Assembly: GCF_009834535.1 (NCBI RefSeq)
Contig: NC_045696.1
Coordinates: 186,001 to 250,000, forward strand
Length of the DNA: 64,000 bases
Direction: 5' to 3'
From: Camelus ferus
Lineage: Eukaryota
Each line of letters opens with the position of its first letter. Positions within the stretch are counted from its first letter, which is position 1. Both the position numbers and the translations under genes were made by a program. The notes beneath the pieces are model-generated. The model was not told where the DNA came from. It ran no database searches and saw only the letters and a list, made by a program, of their open reading frames with translations. Below, piece after piece: positions 13,381-53,600 of the stretch.

Positions 13381-13475
13381 GGTTTGGGACAGGGTTAGGG
13401 GTTCAGCTCTGAGTCTGGGCTTGGGGTTGGGGTTAAGATTCTGACTGGGTTTGGCTTTGGGTTAAAGTTAGGGTC
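13381..13475 (+). repeat. Degenerate telomere-like (TTAGGG-variant) tract
   Basis: gggttaggggtt...gggcttggggttggggttaagatt...gggtttggctttgggttaaagttagggtc, with roughly 6-nt periodicity. Confidence 0.6.
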
Positions 13476-14057
13476 AATTATACCTCAATAAAGCTGAAAA
13501 CTTTTAAAGAGAATTCAATTTCTTTTGTCTTTAAAATAACTAGAGTAGATCCTGTTATCTGCCACAGAAACCTGATGGAGTAGACATTCTTTTTCCTATT
13601 CTTACCTCTAAGTATAACTAAAACCCCTGAAATTATATACAAAACAAAATAAGAAGACAGCACGATATGGAGAAACTTGATACACAAGGAATTACTTGGT
13701 TGTGGATTTCTTTTTGTTTGTTTTGTCTTGTTTTTGTTTTGTTTCATATATCCTAGATTTGAACCTGGAAAAGACAATATTGGTTATTGACAAATGAGAC
13801 GAGCACACACAACAAAATCCTACAAAGAAACAGGGGAAGGCTCTTGACATTAGTCTTGACAATGATACTTTGGAATCGACACCTCAACGATAATAGCACA
13901 AGCAGCAATAGCAAAAAACAGCAAGACTACACCAAACCAAAACACCTTTGCACAGCAAAAGGAACAATCAACAAAATGAAAAGACAGCCTACAGAATGGG
14001 AGAAATTATTTGCAAATCATACGTCTGATAAGGCGGTGATATCCAAGATATATAAAG

Positions 14058-14748
14058 AACTCTACTACCTTTTTTTTTTTTTCTTTTTTGCTATGATGTG
14101 TACATTTTATTTTAAAAGAGTTGCAGACAGAAAGAAACACACTGGCTTGGCCAATATTCAGGGTCCTGTAGTTCTTTTAAGGCACAGTGTTATAATGCTT
14201 TATAAAATGTGATCCTACAGTATCTCATGCCTGGTAACACTGATACTTATCACTTAACAATCCCCTTACTCTCGTGATGTTATGATTTGAGTAGACAGAA
14301 TATAAAATAATGGGTAATTTTAAAATAATGACTGCATTAATTATAATAAAGATAAGTGCCTTAAAGCCCTCAACATAGTTACAATTATAGGTATAATTAG
14401 CCTACACTAATCACTTAAAATCAATCTCACATTACTAAGATGACCTTGTGCCTGACTTGCCTAGGACAGTCCTGATTTGTGTCCACGTCCTAGTGTAATT
14501 GTTACCAGTGCCTACTTTCACTCCTTAAAAACTCTTGGCAAACTATGGTTTGTCTATGTGTAATTAACTACAGAATAATTATATTTTTTAAATTTTATGA
14601 ATTTAGTGTTCAGTCTGGGACAGGAAATACCAACTGTCACCAAAATCTGGAAACTATGATCATCACAGTATATAATATTTAATTAACTTAAGTAATTTTC
14701 TTCCACTGAGAGCCAAAGTAAATTTTGTAAGTGAATTAACTCTACTAC
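14058..14748 (-). pseudogene. Retroposed polyadenylated sequence (3'UTR-like retrocopy) with 11-bp target-site duplication
   Basis: AACTCTACTAC at 14058-14068 and 14738-14748, poly(T) at 14070-14089, and a minus-strand AATAAA at 14111-14106. Confidence 0.7.
14436..14556. mobile_element. Short hAT (Blackjack/MER81-like) DNA transposon relic
   Basis: taagatgacc...cctgacttgcctaggacagtcctgattt...tagtgtaattg pattern. Family named from memory. Confidence 0.5.
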
Positions 14749-14889
14749 ATATGAGACTATAAAAAAGATATAACTTTAGGTTCACCAGAACCCAGAAAAT
14801 GGAAGGAGAGTGATGAAAACATACACAAAGTAGGCTTCTCAAATTTGGGAAGAGAAATAAACATACAGATTCAAGAAGCTGAGTGAATC

Positions 14890-15960
14890 GTCCAGTGAGG
14901 ATTATCGTCCAGCCTTCAGAGCTAGTTGGATTTGCGTAGCTGGATTTTGGACAAGCCTGGGGCCCACCAGGCTTTTTTTCCTTCCAAGTCCCCCTTTGCA
15001 ATGGGAGAGTCCATCGTACGCCTGTTCCATCACTGTGTTTCAGAAGCACACAACTCGTCTGGCTCCACAGGTCAGCGAAAGAGGAATTTTGCCTCTGGAT
15101 GCATCCCACCTTGAGTCGCACATATATTTAGTTTTAATGAGACTGAGATGTGACTTGGGACTTCAGACTTGATGCTGGAGTGAGTTAAGACTCTGGGGAC
15201 TGTTGGGATGGAACGAATGCATTTTGTACATGAGGACGTTAACTTGGGGGCCACGGGGCAGAGTGCTATGGACTAAGCTGTGTTCCTCCAGAGTCCCTAC
15301 GCTGAGGCCTGTCTTTGTCTTTGAGCTGCTGCAGCAGAGTGTCATGGATGGGGCGGCTTACAGACAACAGAAATTCACTTCTCACAGCTCTGGGAGCTGG
15401 GAAGCCCAAGAGCAAAGCACTAGCAGACTCATCTGGTGAGGGCGCACTTCCCTGTTCAGTCTCCCTGCTGTGTCCCCACCCAGAGGAAGGGGACCAGGCT
15501 GTTCTCTGTGCCTCTTTTATGGGCACAAACCCCATTCCTGGGGCTCCATCCTCATAATCTAACCACATCCCTTTGTTGGTTAGATTTCAACACATGAATC
15601 TTGGGGCAACAGACATTCACTATAATGCAAAGCCCTAACCCTCAAGGAGACCGTATTTGGAGATGGGGCTTCGAAGAAGTAACTATGGTTCAATGATGTC
15701 ACAAAGGAGGAGCCCCGATCCAGTGGGTGGGTGTCCTTACAAGGAGACGCCAGAGAGCTCACTCTCCTCACCACGAGAGAGCACATCGAGAAGGCATCGT
15801 CCGCAAGCCAAGAAGACAGTCCTCACAGGGAACCAGGTTGGCTGGCACCTCAGGGACTTCCCAGCCTCCAGAACTCAATTCCTGAGAACTAAATTCCTGT
15901 TGTTTAACCCACACAGTCTAAGGCATTTTGTGTTGGCCACCCAAGTTGACCAAAATGCTC
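14890..15960. mobile_element. Nested MaLR (MLT1-type) LTR fragments
   Basis: MLT motifs such as aaattcacttctcacagctctgggagctgggaagccc, tatttggagatggggc and ttcccagcctccagaact. Confidence 0.75.
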
Positions 15961-17966
15961 TAAATCCTCCATCTCAGTAGCTGATAGAATAAGCAGACAA
16001 AAGTGTCAGTCAAGATCCAACTAGCTGAACACGACAACAGCTTTGTCTAAACCACATACATAGAGCTTTATATTCAGCAACAGTCCAACACACGTTCTTT
16101 TCAAGTACATGTGAAAATGACCAGTATCACTGAGTCATAAAACAAGAGCCAACACATTTCAAAGCACTGGAATCACTCAAGAGTTTGAGTTTGTTCTCCG
16201 ACCACACTGAAATTAAGCTAGAGAGCACTAAGAAAAGGTAACTAGAAAGTGCCACCTTTTAAAATTAAGCCGTGCACCTCTAAATAATCTGTGGTACAAC
16301 AGAAGAAATCATAACAGAAGTTAGAAATATTTGGAACTGCATGACACTGAAAGTGTATCACAATATGTTGTTGCAGCTAAAACAGTTCTAGGGGAAAATT
16401 CAGTTTTTGATGCATGAATTAGAAAAGGAAAAAGATTGAAAATCAATAATCTAAGCTTTTACCTCATGGGAAAATAAACCTTAATCCTCCTCCACATCAA
16501 TGGCAAAAATCAATTCCAGGTAGAGAGTTGATCTAAGTGGAAAGGATGGAATAACATAGCTGTAAAAGAGAGTGTCGGAGAATATCTTAGTGGTTTGGAA
16601 CAGGCAAAGGTTTCTTAAGCAGGACACAGCAAGTGTTAACCTTACAGAAAAGTAATGTCAAATTAGACAAAATTTAAGTTTTGAGTTTGATAAAACTTCT
16701 GTTTATCAAAAACACTTTAAAGTAAGCAAAAAACAACCCTCAGTAGTAAAATAGGCAGAAGCCCTCAGAAGCACTCCAACAACAGGGCACCCTAATGAGC
16801 AGCGAGTACATGAAGCCACGCTGCCTCAGGAAAACGGACCCTCGGTCGTCAGCGTGGGCACCCACCAGAGAACATGGCCCGCAGTGCGTGTTGACGAGGG
16901 TGGGCGCTTTGCAGCTTTCCCAGGGGGCTGTAGTGACGCAGGTCCTCTGACTCTGCACAACCATCTGTCATTTCTAGGGAAGCTGAACTCCTAAGTGTGT
17001 ACCGAAAACAAATGTGTAAACACATGTGCACCACACAAATGTGTGCGCACACATGCACCAACACACAGAAAGGTGTACACATATGTGCACCAAACACACA
17101 GAAATGTTCCCCTTCACCCCAGTCATAACAGCTGGACACCGAAAACAACCAACACTGGAATAAGACACGTACATTGTGTGCATGCAGACGGTGAAGCACA
17201 CGGCTCATGGATGAATCTCACAAACACATGACCTACAGAAGGCAGACACCGAGGGACCGGCAGCCCCCAAGAACACCGCATGGAGGGCTCAGAGGGTGGA
17301 CGTGGGTGCTCAGAGTCATGGAGGCTGGAGGTCCCTACTACATCAGGGCCCGGCCCAGCGTCTGGTGGGAAGCGTGCTCTGGTTCGCGGACGCTCCTGCT
17401 GGGCCCTCACGTGTAGGTCAGGCAAGAGCTCTGCGGGGCCCTTTATAATAAAGGCACTAACCCCTTCACGGGGCACCACCTTACGACCTCACCACCTCCA
17501 AACACTACACTGGGGGTTAGTTTTCAGCACATGAGTTTGGGGAGGACATGAACATCCAGTCTACTGAAAATTCACTAAGTATACAATTCCTACTCATACA
17601 GTGTTGGAAACCAGGCTAAAGCCACTTCCAGTCTTAGAAGCCAGGCACCACCTTGGGGGTGGTTCTGAGAGGAAGGGCCAGTTGGGACCCCGAGTGTGTG
17701 CAAGGGTTTTGGCCTGAGCGCTGGCTACATATTTGTCTACTTTGTGGAATGTCATCCATCTGTACGCTCACAACTCGTGCGGTCTGGGGTATAGATTTTA
17801 TATTCCAGTAAACAGCTGAAAGTCAAATTGACACACACCCAAAAACCTAGACATGGACCCACTGGCGTGAAAGTTTCTTTGTAATATTAGATGAGAAAGG
17901 TTACAGAGCAATGCACACAGTTTGACCCACCCAGTAAAAAATACTGTACGTGCACAGAAGCATTCA

Positions 17967-17986
17967 TTTATTAAAAAATATTTATT
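17967..17986 (-). terminator. Candidate PRMT2 polyadenylation signals (two AATAAA) inside an L2-like 3' end
   Basis: tttatt at 17967-17972 and 17981-17986, about 470-490 nt after the stop. Minus-strand context is gcacatagtacatgctcaataaatattttttaataaatgaatg. Confidence 0.55.
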
Positions 17987-18453
17987 GAGCATGTACTATG
18001 TGCCAACACGTAATTCGTCTGGAAGACATCGCTACAGCCGGACCACCCCATGCAGAGCCGCATCGCATTCATTGCACCTCCAGCCCCGCACGCCCCACAG
18101 CTGGGCGGCTGAGCCAGGGACAGGAAGAGCACATGGACACACGGTGCACAAACAGCCACCTTCACAGGAGGACATGGTTGACGTCTGTGTCCTGTGAGCT
18201 CAGAACTAGACCTAGCTCAGGGACACTGTGCCACCAGCTACCCACAGGTGGACACTAGGCACACAGCCCGCTTCTAGGGACGGACAGGGCAGTGACACGG
18301 CAAGCCCGTGGAGCCCGGGGCAAGGCTGTTGTCACTCCATCAGAGAGAAAGTGGCGGCTCACAGGACACGTTCCCATCCGGGCGCGTCTTCGCTGGTCAC
18401 GTCCGAGCCTCCAGGACCACACGCTGCCTTCCAGACAGAGCTTGTTTGCCCTG

Positions 18454-47340
<28,887 letters not shown>

Positions 47341-48409
47341 CCTTCCCCTGGGATCTGCGCATAGCTGCTGCTTTAACCTTCCATTTCCCTCTCCATTTCT
47401 GCTTTTAAAAGAGGGAAAATGAGAAAATGCTTGTTACATTGCATGATAACTAAGTTCACATAACTTCTAAGGTCCATGGGAAAGGTCCTCTGCCAAATGG
47501 AAGTAAAACATGTAAAGAACGAACAGAAATGAAATTTATAAACGCAGTTCTTTACACAACCAACCGAAGACGTGCGGCTGAATTTGCTCCTGGCCATGTC
47601 TCCTCTTAAGACTTTCAGGACCAGGAGATTCCTGGTCAAGAAACAAAAGCAGAATCGTCCCACTCCCCAATGGGTCCAAATGAAAACCAGAAGTAAAATC
47701 AGGTACAACTCCAAGAGAAGACACTGGAGAAGAACCAAGTGGGGTCTATAATGAGCCTCACACATGAGGTGGCACCCAAGTTTATGCTGTGTCAAGGTCA
47801 CGTGCATCTTCCCAAATCACTCTGTCTGAATGGCTGGGTGTGTTTAACTGGGAAAATGATTTTTCTCTGTGTCAGTGTTTCTGCACTAGTGCTTTGGCTC
47901 AGTAATAAATGTTTGAGACTTTTTGTTGGGGGAAAAAAAAAACAGTTGAAAGCATTTAAAACTGATGAACTCCAAACAGTATATATTTTCGTAACTAGTC
48001 TGCAAAGTGTTAATCATACTCACTGGCAAAGCCTGTCACTTTCTGTTAGATCACTGGGTTGATTTTTTAAAATCAATTTAATAAATTGATGCCAATTCTT
48101 TCCTTGGAACCATAACAGCTTTAACTCCAATTAAAATTTCCTACCTGGGGCTTTATGGTGTTTCCACTAACAGGAACCAAGGTCTGCCTCTTTCAGAGGC
48201 TTTTCTTCTCATTCTCATTCTCATTTTTCCAGTGACAGTGTAATTCCTACTATGCTCTAAGATGAATGTGTTTTCTCAGTTACACAGTAGTTATTTAAAT
48301 ACGTGCTTCACTTATCAATGAAGACCTAGTACTTGTTTTGTGACGTTTAATTGCAAATACTAATACATATACATTGCATTTTCACTGGAAAATACTGCAT
48401 TGAAGCAAA

Positions 48410-49350
48410 GATGGGACTCGACCAGTGGGTGAGCCAGGGACAGAGCGGTGGGGCCCGGACGGGGCGGAGCTCGGCTGACGGGTGGGAATGGGACAGGGAG
48501 CGGGGAGAGGACCCAGGATTTAGAAGGGCCGGTGGCTAGCCGGGCGGGTTCGGGGAGAAACGAAGGAAGGGAGGATGAAGGGCGATGCGGCGCGTGATGC
48601 CCGAGTAGAAGGGGCAAGGAGGAAACGGAGTGTGATACACGCTCGGGGCGGAGGCCAGAGGGCCCGACGCCAAGGACGCGCGGAGACGGGAAATGGGCGG
48701 GGCTCAGGAGGGGCGGGGCCTGTGGGCGTGGCGGGGGCGGTGGGAGCCGCGCCGCGGGCGTGGCTGGGGAAGGGCGCGGCCCTGGTCGGGGCGGGGCGCC
48801 GAGCTCCCGGACCGCACAGAGGCCGGAAGGCGCCGGTAGGGTTCGGAAGGGGCGGCGGCCTGGGTCCGCCTACTGATGCACACGCCGGGCGAACACCTCT
48901 CACTTGGCACGTCTAGATGTCCGAGCTGCCCACGGAAACCTACCTCAGTCACGTTTCTCCGCTGGGTTCTCGTCCACACCGCTGGTGCGAAGGGGGAGAC
49001 AGCACCCACCAAGAGCCCGAGCCACCGCCCTCGGCCCGCGCACGCGCGCTGTGCGCCCCTTGTCCGCGTTAAAGACCCCGCCTTGGAACCAGCTCCGCGC
49101 ATGCGCCGCTATACACGCCCCAAAGTCTGGAGAGGGAAGCCCCCGCCCTCGGCTGCGCAGGCGTGCTCTGCTCGGTCCGTCTGCGAGGTGGTCCTGATGT
49201 GGTCCGAGCGCACCGCGGGCAGGCACACCTCGTGGGAGCCGGCAGCGGCGGCGGCGAGCTCCTAGGTTCCGGCTCCGCCCTGGTGGAGGGACGGGGTCGA
49301 CGGGAGGGGCGAAGCCCGGGAGCCGTCCTGCTCTGGGGACCACAAACCCA
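48410..49350 (-). promoter_or_regulatory. PRMT2: PRMT2 CpG-island promoter with candidate non-coding first exon
   Basis: Dense CpG, several GGGCGG boxes (about 48460-48860), NRF1-type palindrome GCGCATGCGC at 49097-49106, and a minus-strand donor GAG|gtaggt with the exon ending at 48944. Confidence 0.85.
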
Positions 49351-49700
49351 CCCTGGGGACGGAATGGCTGTTCTCCCGAGCAGGACCCAATTTCTCGTGA
49401 TTTTCTTGTAGTAATTTAATTAACCTTCCCATCCACACTGTGTAGTCCCTATGTCATTCTTTCCACTTGACAAGTGGAAGCAGAGGGATGGAGTTTTTAT
49501 TTTACAGAGGAAGTCTGGGATTTAAAGGAAAGTGGAATAGTGTTAGTGCTCCCTGCTGTGCGTGGTCTCCGAAGGTTGTAGGGAGCTGGAGTGGGAAGGG
49601 TAGGAGGGAGTCAAACCTTGGGGAAAGGAGGGTGGTGGGCGCCAGGGGCTGGAGGAGAGGACGTGAGGGCGACATACCCACTTTGACCACTTCTGTTTAA

Positions 49701-50193
49701 CGTTGTATGAGAAATCCTGGCCAGCACAAGGAGGCAAGTGTAAAATAAAATTCGTGTTTTATGACAAGACAAGAAAAATTTAAACCTGAAAGTTTTCTCT
49801 GCCCTTTGACCTCCTCTCTCCCCACTGTGCACTATGTTTCTGCGTTATTGGTTGACCAGCCTTCCCTTCAGCAGGAACACCTGCTCAACAATAAAGAGCA
49901 ACGTTCTCCCAGCACCAAGGAGACAAATCCTGAAGAGAGAACATTTTTGATCTCATAAGGGGTCACGATGACCCAGCACTTTGTACTTACAGATCCGTAT
50001 TATACAAACGACCTGCATCATTTAATGCACAGCCGTTTGTCTGAAAAAAATCCTGTACAACTGTGCTCTGACCTCTAACGGGTGTAACAGTTCTCGGAGC
50101 TTTCTGAGAGGCTGTCCCCGGGATATAATCCTCAGTTTGGCTTGAATAAAATTTTTCACTTCTTTCTTAGATCGACTAACTTCTTCATGGACA
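49701..50193 (+). mobile_element. Solo ERV LTR directly upstream of the PRMT2 CpG island
   Basis: About 490 bp ending in ...GACA, with AATAAA at about 50145 and LTR-like organisation. Family not assigned. Confidence 0.6.
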
Positions 50194-50434
50194 CAACTGA
50201 AGCAATGAATAAATACAAAGAAGAACTATTAGAAAGGGAGAAATTAAATTCTATGTATTCCCAGATGATTAGCACGTTTGCATGAAAGCGCTTAAAGAGA
50301 CTCCAAAACAATCAGTAGGACCCAGTGAGTGAGCATTAGCAACCTTGTGGGACACAAGGTCAACTTGGAGAAATGTGTTCTGTTTATTAGGAGCAAAATG
50401 AACTGTTTAGAAAAACCATTTATAATAGCATGGT

Positions 50435-50930
50435 CGTGGCCGCACCTAACAATATGCCTTTTGAATATAATGTAGGTGCCTGACATTAAGCTTTCCTGCT
50501 GAGGCATCTGCTTCAAAGACATCCATCTCAAGCAAGCACACCACCAGCCACAGGACGAGGTGAAGGGTCAGGCCACCCCACCCACTGGTTGACCTAGATA
50601 TCTGACCCTTTGACGGCTTGCTTTTCCCTTCCTGCTCCTTAATTTCCACTCTTATGTCTTAAATTCACCAATAAAGAGTGAGCCCGAGAACCCCTAGGCC
50701 TCACCCTCAGTCCCAATAAAGGCAGAACCTCAGAGGACGAACCCTCCCTCTCCACCAACACCCCCACCAACTGTGGCCCGACCGTGTGGCCCTGGGCCTG
50801 TGTGGGCTCTGTGTACCTTCCAGGACATGTGAGTAATAAAACCTGCCTTTCCAAGCCCCCTGATGGTTGTTCCTGAGGTGCGTCTTGCAGTCACAATGAG
50901 ACCCACCAGAGCTGGTCCAGCCACAACGTT
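50435..50930 (+). mobile_element. Second LTR fragment
   Basis: gagtaataaaacc...ccagccacaac followed by a PBS-like ttggcacc. Confidence 0.55.
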
Positions 50931-52277
50931 GGCACCGGCAGGGAAGTGTCTGTGCGGGCTGCCACAAATAGTGCCGGCCCAGATGAGGGCGCCAGGAACT
51001 TCTAGCTGATAGCATCACTATCTACAGACTGAGTCTGATCCAAAACAAGCATCAACATAAAATGCTAAAGAATAAATTCATGAAAAATGTGTATAAGACT
51101 TTTATACTGAAACTAATTTTTAAATGCTGAGAGAAATTTTGCGATCTAAACAAGTGGAGAGAGATCCCATGTTTACATATCAGAAACTCAATATATTTAA
51201 GAAGTCAACTCTTCACAAATTGATGGATACAGTCAATAAAATCCCAATCATAATCCCAATATGCTTTTCTTCTAGGAATTGACAAACTCCAAAATTTACA
51301 GGGCAATGCTAAGGCCCTAGACTAGCAGAGCAGCCTTAAAAGAGAAGAGCAATGTTGTAAGATGTGTACTCTCTGACTTCAAGAATCATTATAAAGATAC
51401 AGCAACTGAGACAATGTGTAATTGTCAAAATGATATGCAGAGGGATCAACGGAGCAGAGATCCCAGGAGTAGATCCACAATTTTACAGGCATTGATCTCC
51501 AACAAAGCTGCCCAAGCAATCCAACAGTTTGAAGACAGTTTTCTCAAAGGGTGGGCTGCAAGAGCAGGATGTTTGTTTAGAAACAGTGAACCCATGTGCT
51601 TGCCTCACACAACGCAAAAGCTTATTTGGAGTAGATCATAAATCTAAATGTAAAACTTTAATGCTAGAAGCAGCAAAAACTCCTTCGATGTAAAAAGCAC
51701 TAACAACAAAATTAGAAATTGGTAAACTAGACCAGTGGTCAGCAAACATTTGCTGTAACGGGCCAGACAGTAACTGTTTTAAGCTTTGAAAGGCAGTCTC
51801 AGTCAGAATCACTCAGCCTTGCTGTTGTGACATGAAAACAGCTGTAGAAAACATGTAAATAGGTGGGTGCAGCTGTGTTTCAATAAAAGTTTTACTTACA
51901 AACCCAGACGAAGGGCTTACTCTGTCCATAGATGGCTGGCAGCTGTATTGGACCATCAGAATTGAAGGCTCTGCTCATCAAAAGACACAATTAAGAACAG
52001 GCAAAACTTAGCCTGAGAGAAAGTAGTTGCAAAACATTTATCTATCGGAAGATTTGTGTACAAAATATATGACTTCTTAAACCCCAAAACTCAATAGACA
52101 AGTAAATAAATAGAAATTCCTTAACAGACACTTCATGAAAGAAGATAATCAGTACATGAAAAAATTCCTCAGTACCATTAATTTTTGGGGAAACGAAAAT
52201 CAAAACTCCAGTGAGGTATCTTTACAACGTCTTTAAAAAGATGTGTGCTCTCTACCATTGGTAAATAATTTGTGACT

Positions 52278-53600
52278 AGAGGGTGAACTGTGGTGGCTTT
52301 TTTAAACGGCTGTAAATTCTTGGGCACCCTTCCCATCAGGCTCCCTCTCCCTGAATCCAGGTGGGCTGAGTCAGTGCAGCAGGAGGCCAGCAGTGACCTC
52401 TGAGGCCAGCTCACAGAAGACCTGTAGCCTCCTCTGGTTCTGCTGGAATGTTTGCTCTTGGGCCCCGCCTTATCGGGGCCCAGTCACTGTGAAAGCACAA
52501 GCCACTTGGGGACACCATTCACTGTGCTCCAGGCATCAGTCCCAGCTGAGCCCAGCCTTCAAGTCACCTCTCACCAAGTGCCAGACGTGCGATGGAGAGG
52601 GGTGCCAGGTGGTTCCACTCCCATCATTTGGGCCACCTGACTACTCCAGTCTCCCCAGCCGGGCCCCCGACATCATGGAGCTGAACCCAGCTGTCCCACT
52701 GTGCCCTGACCACTGGTCTGCAAGAGTAAGGAAGTGGTTGAGATTTTACGCTGGTGGCTGGTGGATGGTGGCAGCAATGGTGCCCGGGACAGAGTTCGGC
52801 GCTTTGAAGCAGGTGCTGCCAAAACAGGTGCCTAAAACCTGCCGCATCTGCTTGGGACCAGGTAGGAGCCAAGAGGACTTGGGGGGACTCGGGTGTGGGG
52901 ACAAGGGCAAGGACAGCAAGGCCATGTCGCTGGAAGCAGAGGAAGGAGGCCTGGCGCTCGATGGGGAGCCGGCGCGGGGCGGCCTGTGTGGACGGGCTGA
53001 TTACGGGGACCCGGGTGGTGTCACGAGAGTCAGCAGGTGTCTTGTTGCCGCACGTCGCGAGGGATGGTCAGAGAGGGAGGGGCTACAGAAGCAATTATCC
53101 AATTTTCAAGCAGAACTTAAAAGAACTATAAAGGAGCCAAGATTGGCTGGGCTCAAAAGTGAAACTATTTCTCCTGCCGAGTCTCTCCCAGCAGAAGAGC
53201 CTTCGAGGAAGAGCGAGCTCAGGGCAGAGACTGCATGCATAGCATGCTGGGCTGTGGTCTCAGAGAAGAAGTAAGACGAGATGGGACTGAAAAGCCCTCC
53301 AAGACTCTGAAAGGCTCTAACTGGTGCCTTGCTCAAATGGGCAGAGGCCTCCCATGTGCCTTATATGTGATGCTCTCGTGTCAACTGGCCTTCCAGAGCC
53401 CAGGCCATTGGTCTTGGGAGTCTCCTGGGGGCCACGTAGAAAAGGGCCTGTTTCAAAGGGATTCGGGTGTAGGCTTTGTCAAATGGAGTGAACACTAGTG
53501 AAGTTCATAGAAAAGACACAGTTATTAGGAGAATTGTACTGGCAGAGTTGACACCAGCATGGCCCAGAAGAACCAGTGACATGACACAATGGAAAGAGGA
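52278..53600 (+). mobile_element. MaLR (MLT1-type) LTR plus internal sequence
   Basis: LTR motifs catggagctg...gtcccactgtgccctg...tggttg...ttttacgc followed by MLT-int-like sequence. Confidence 0.65.

Noticed and set aside
52393..53274. 293-aa plus-strand ORF
   Set aside because: It lies in MaLR LTR/internal sequence, starts at a non-ATG codon and has no recognisable domain.
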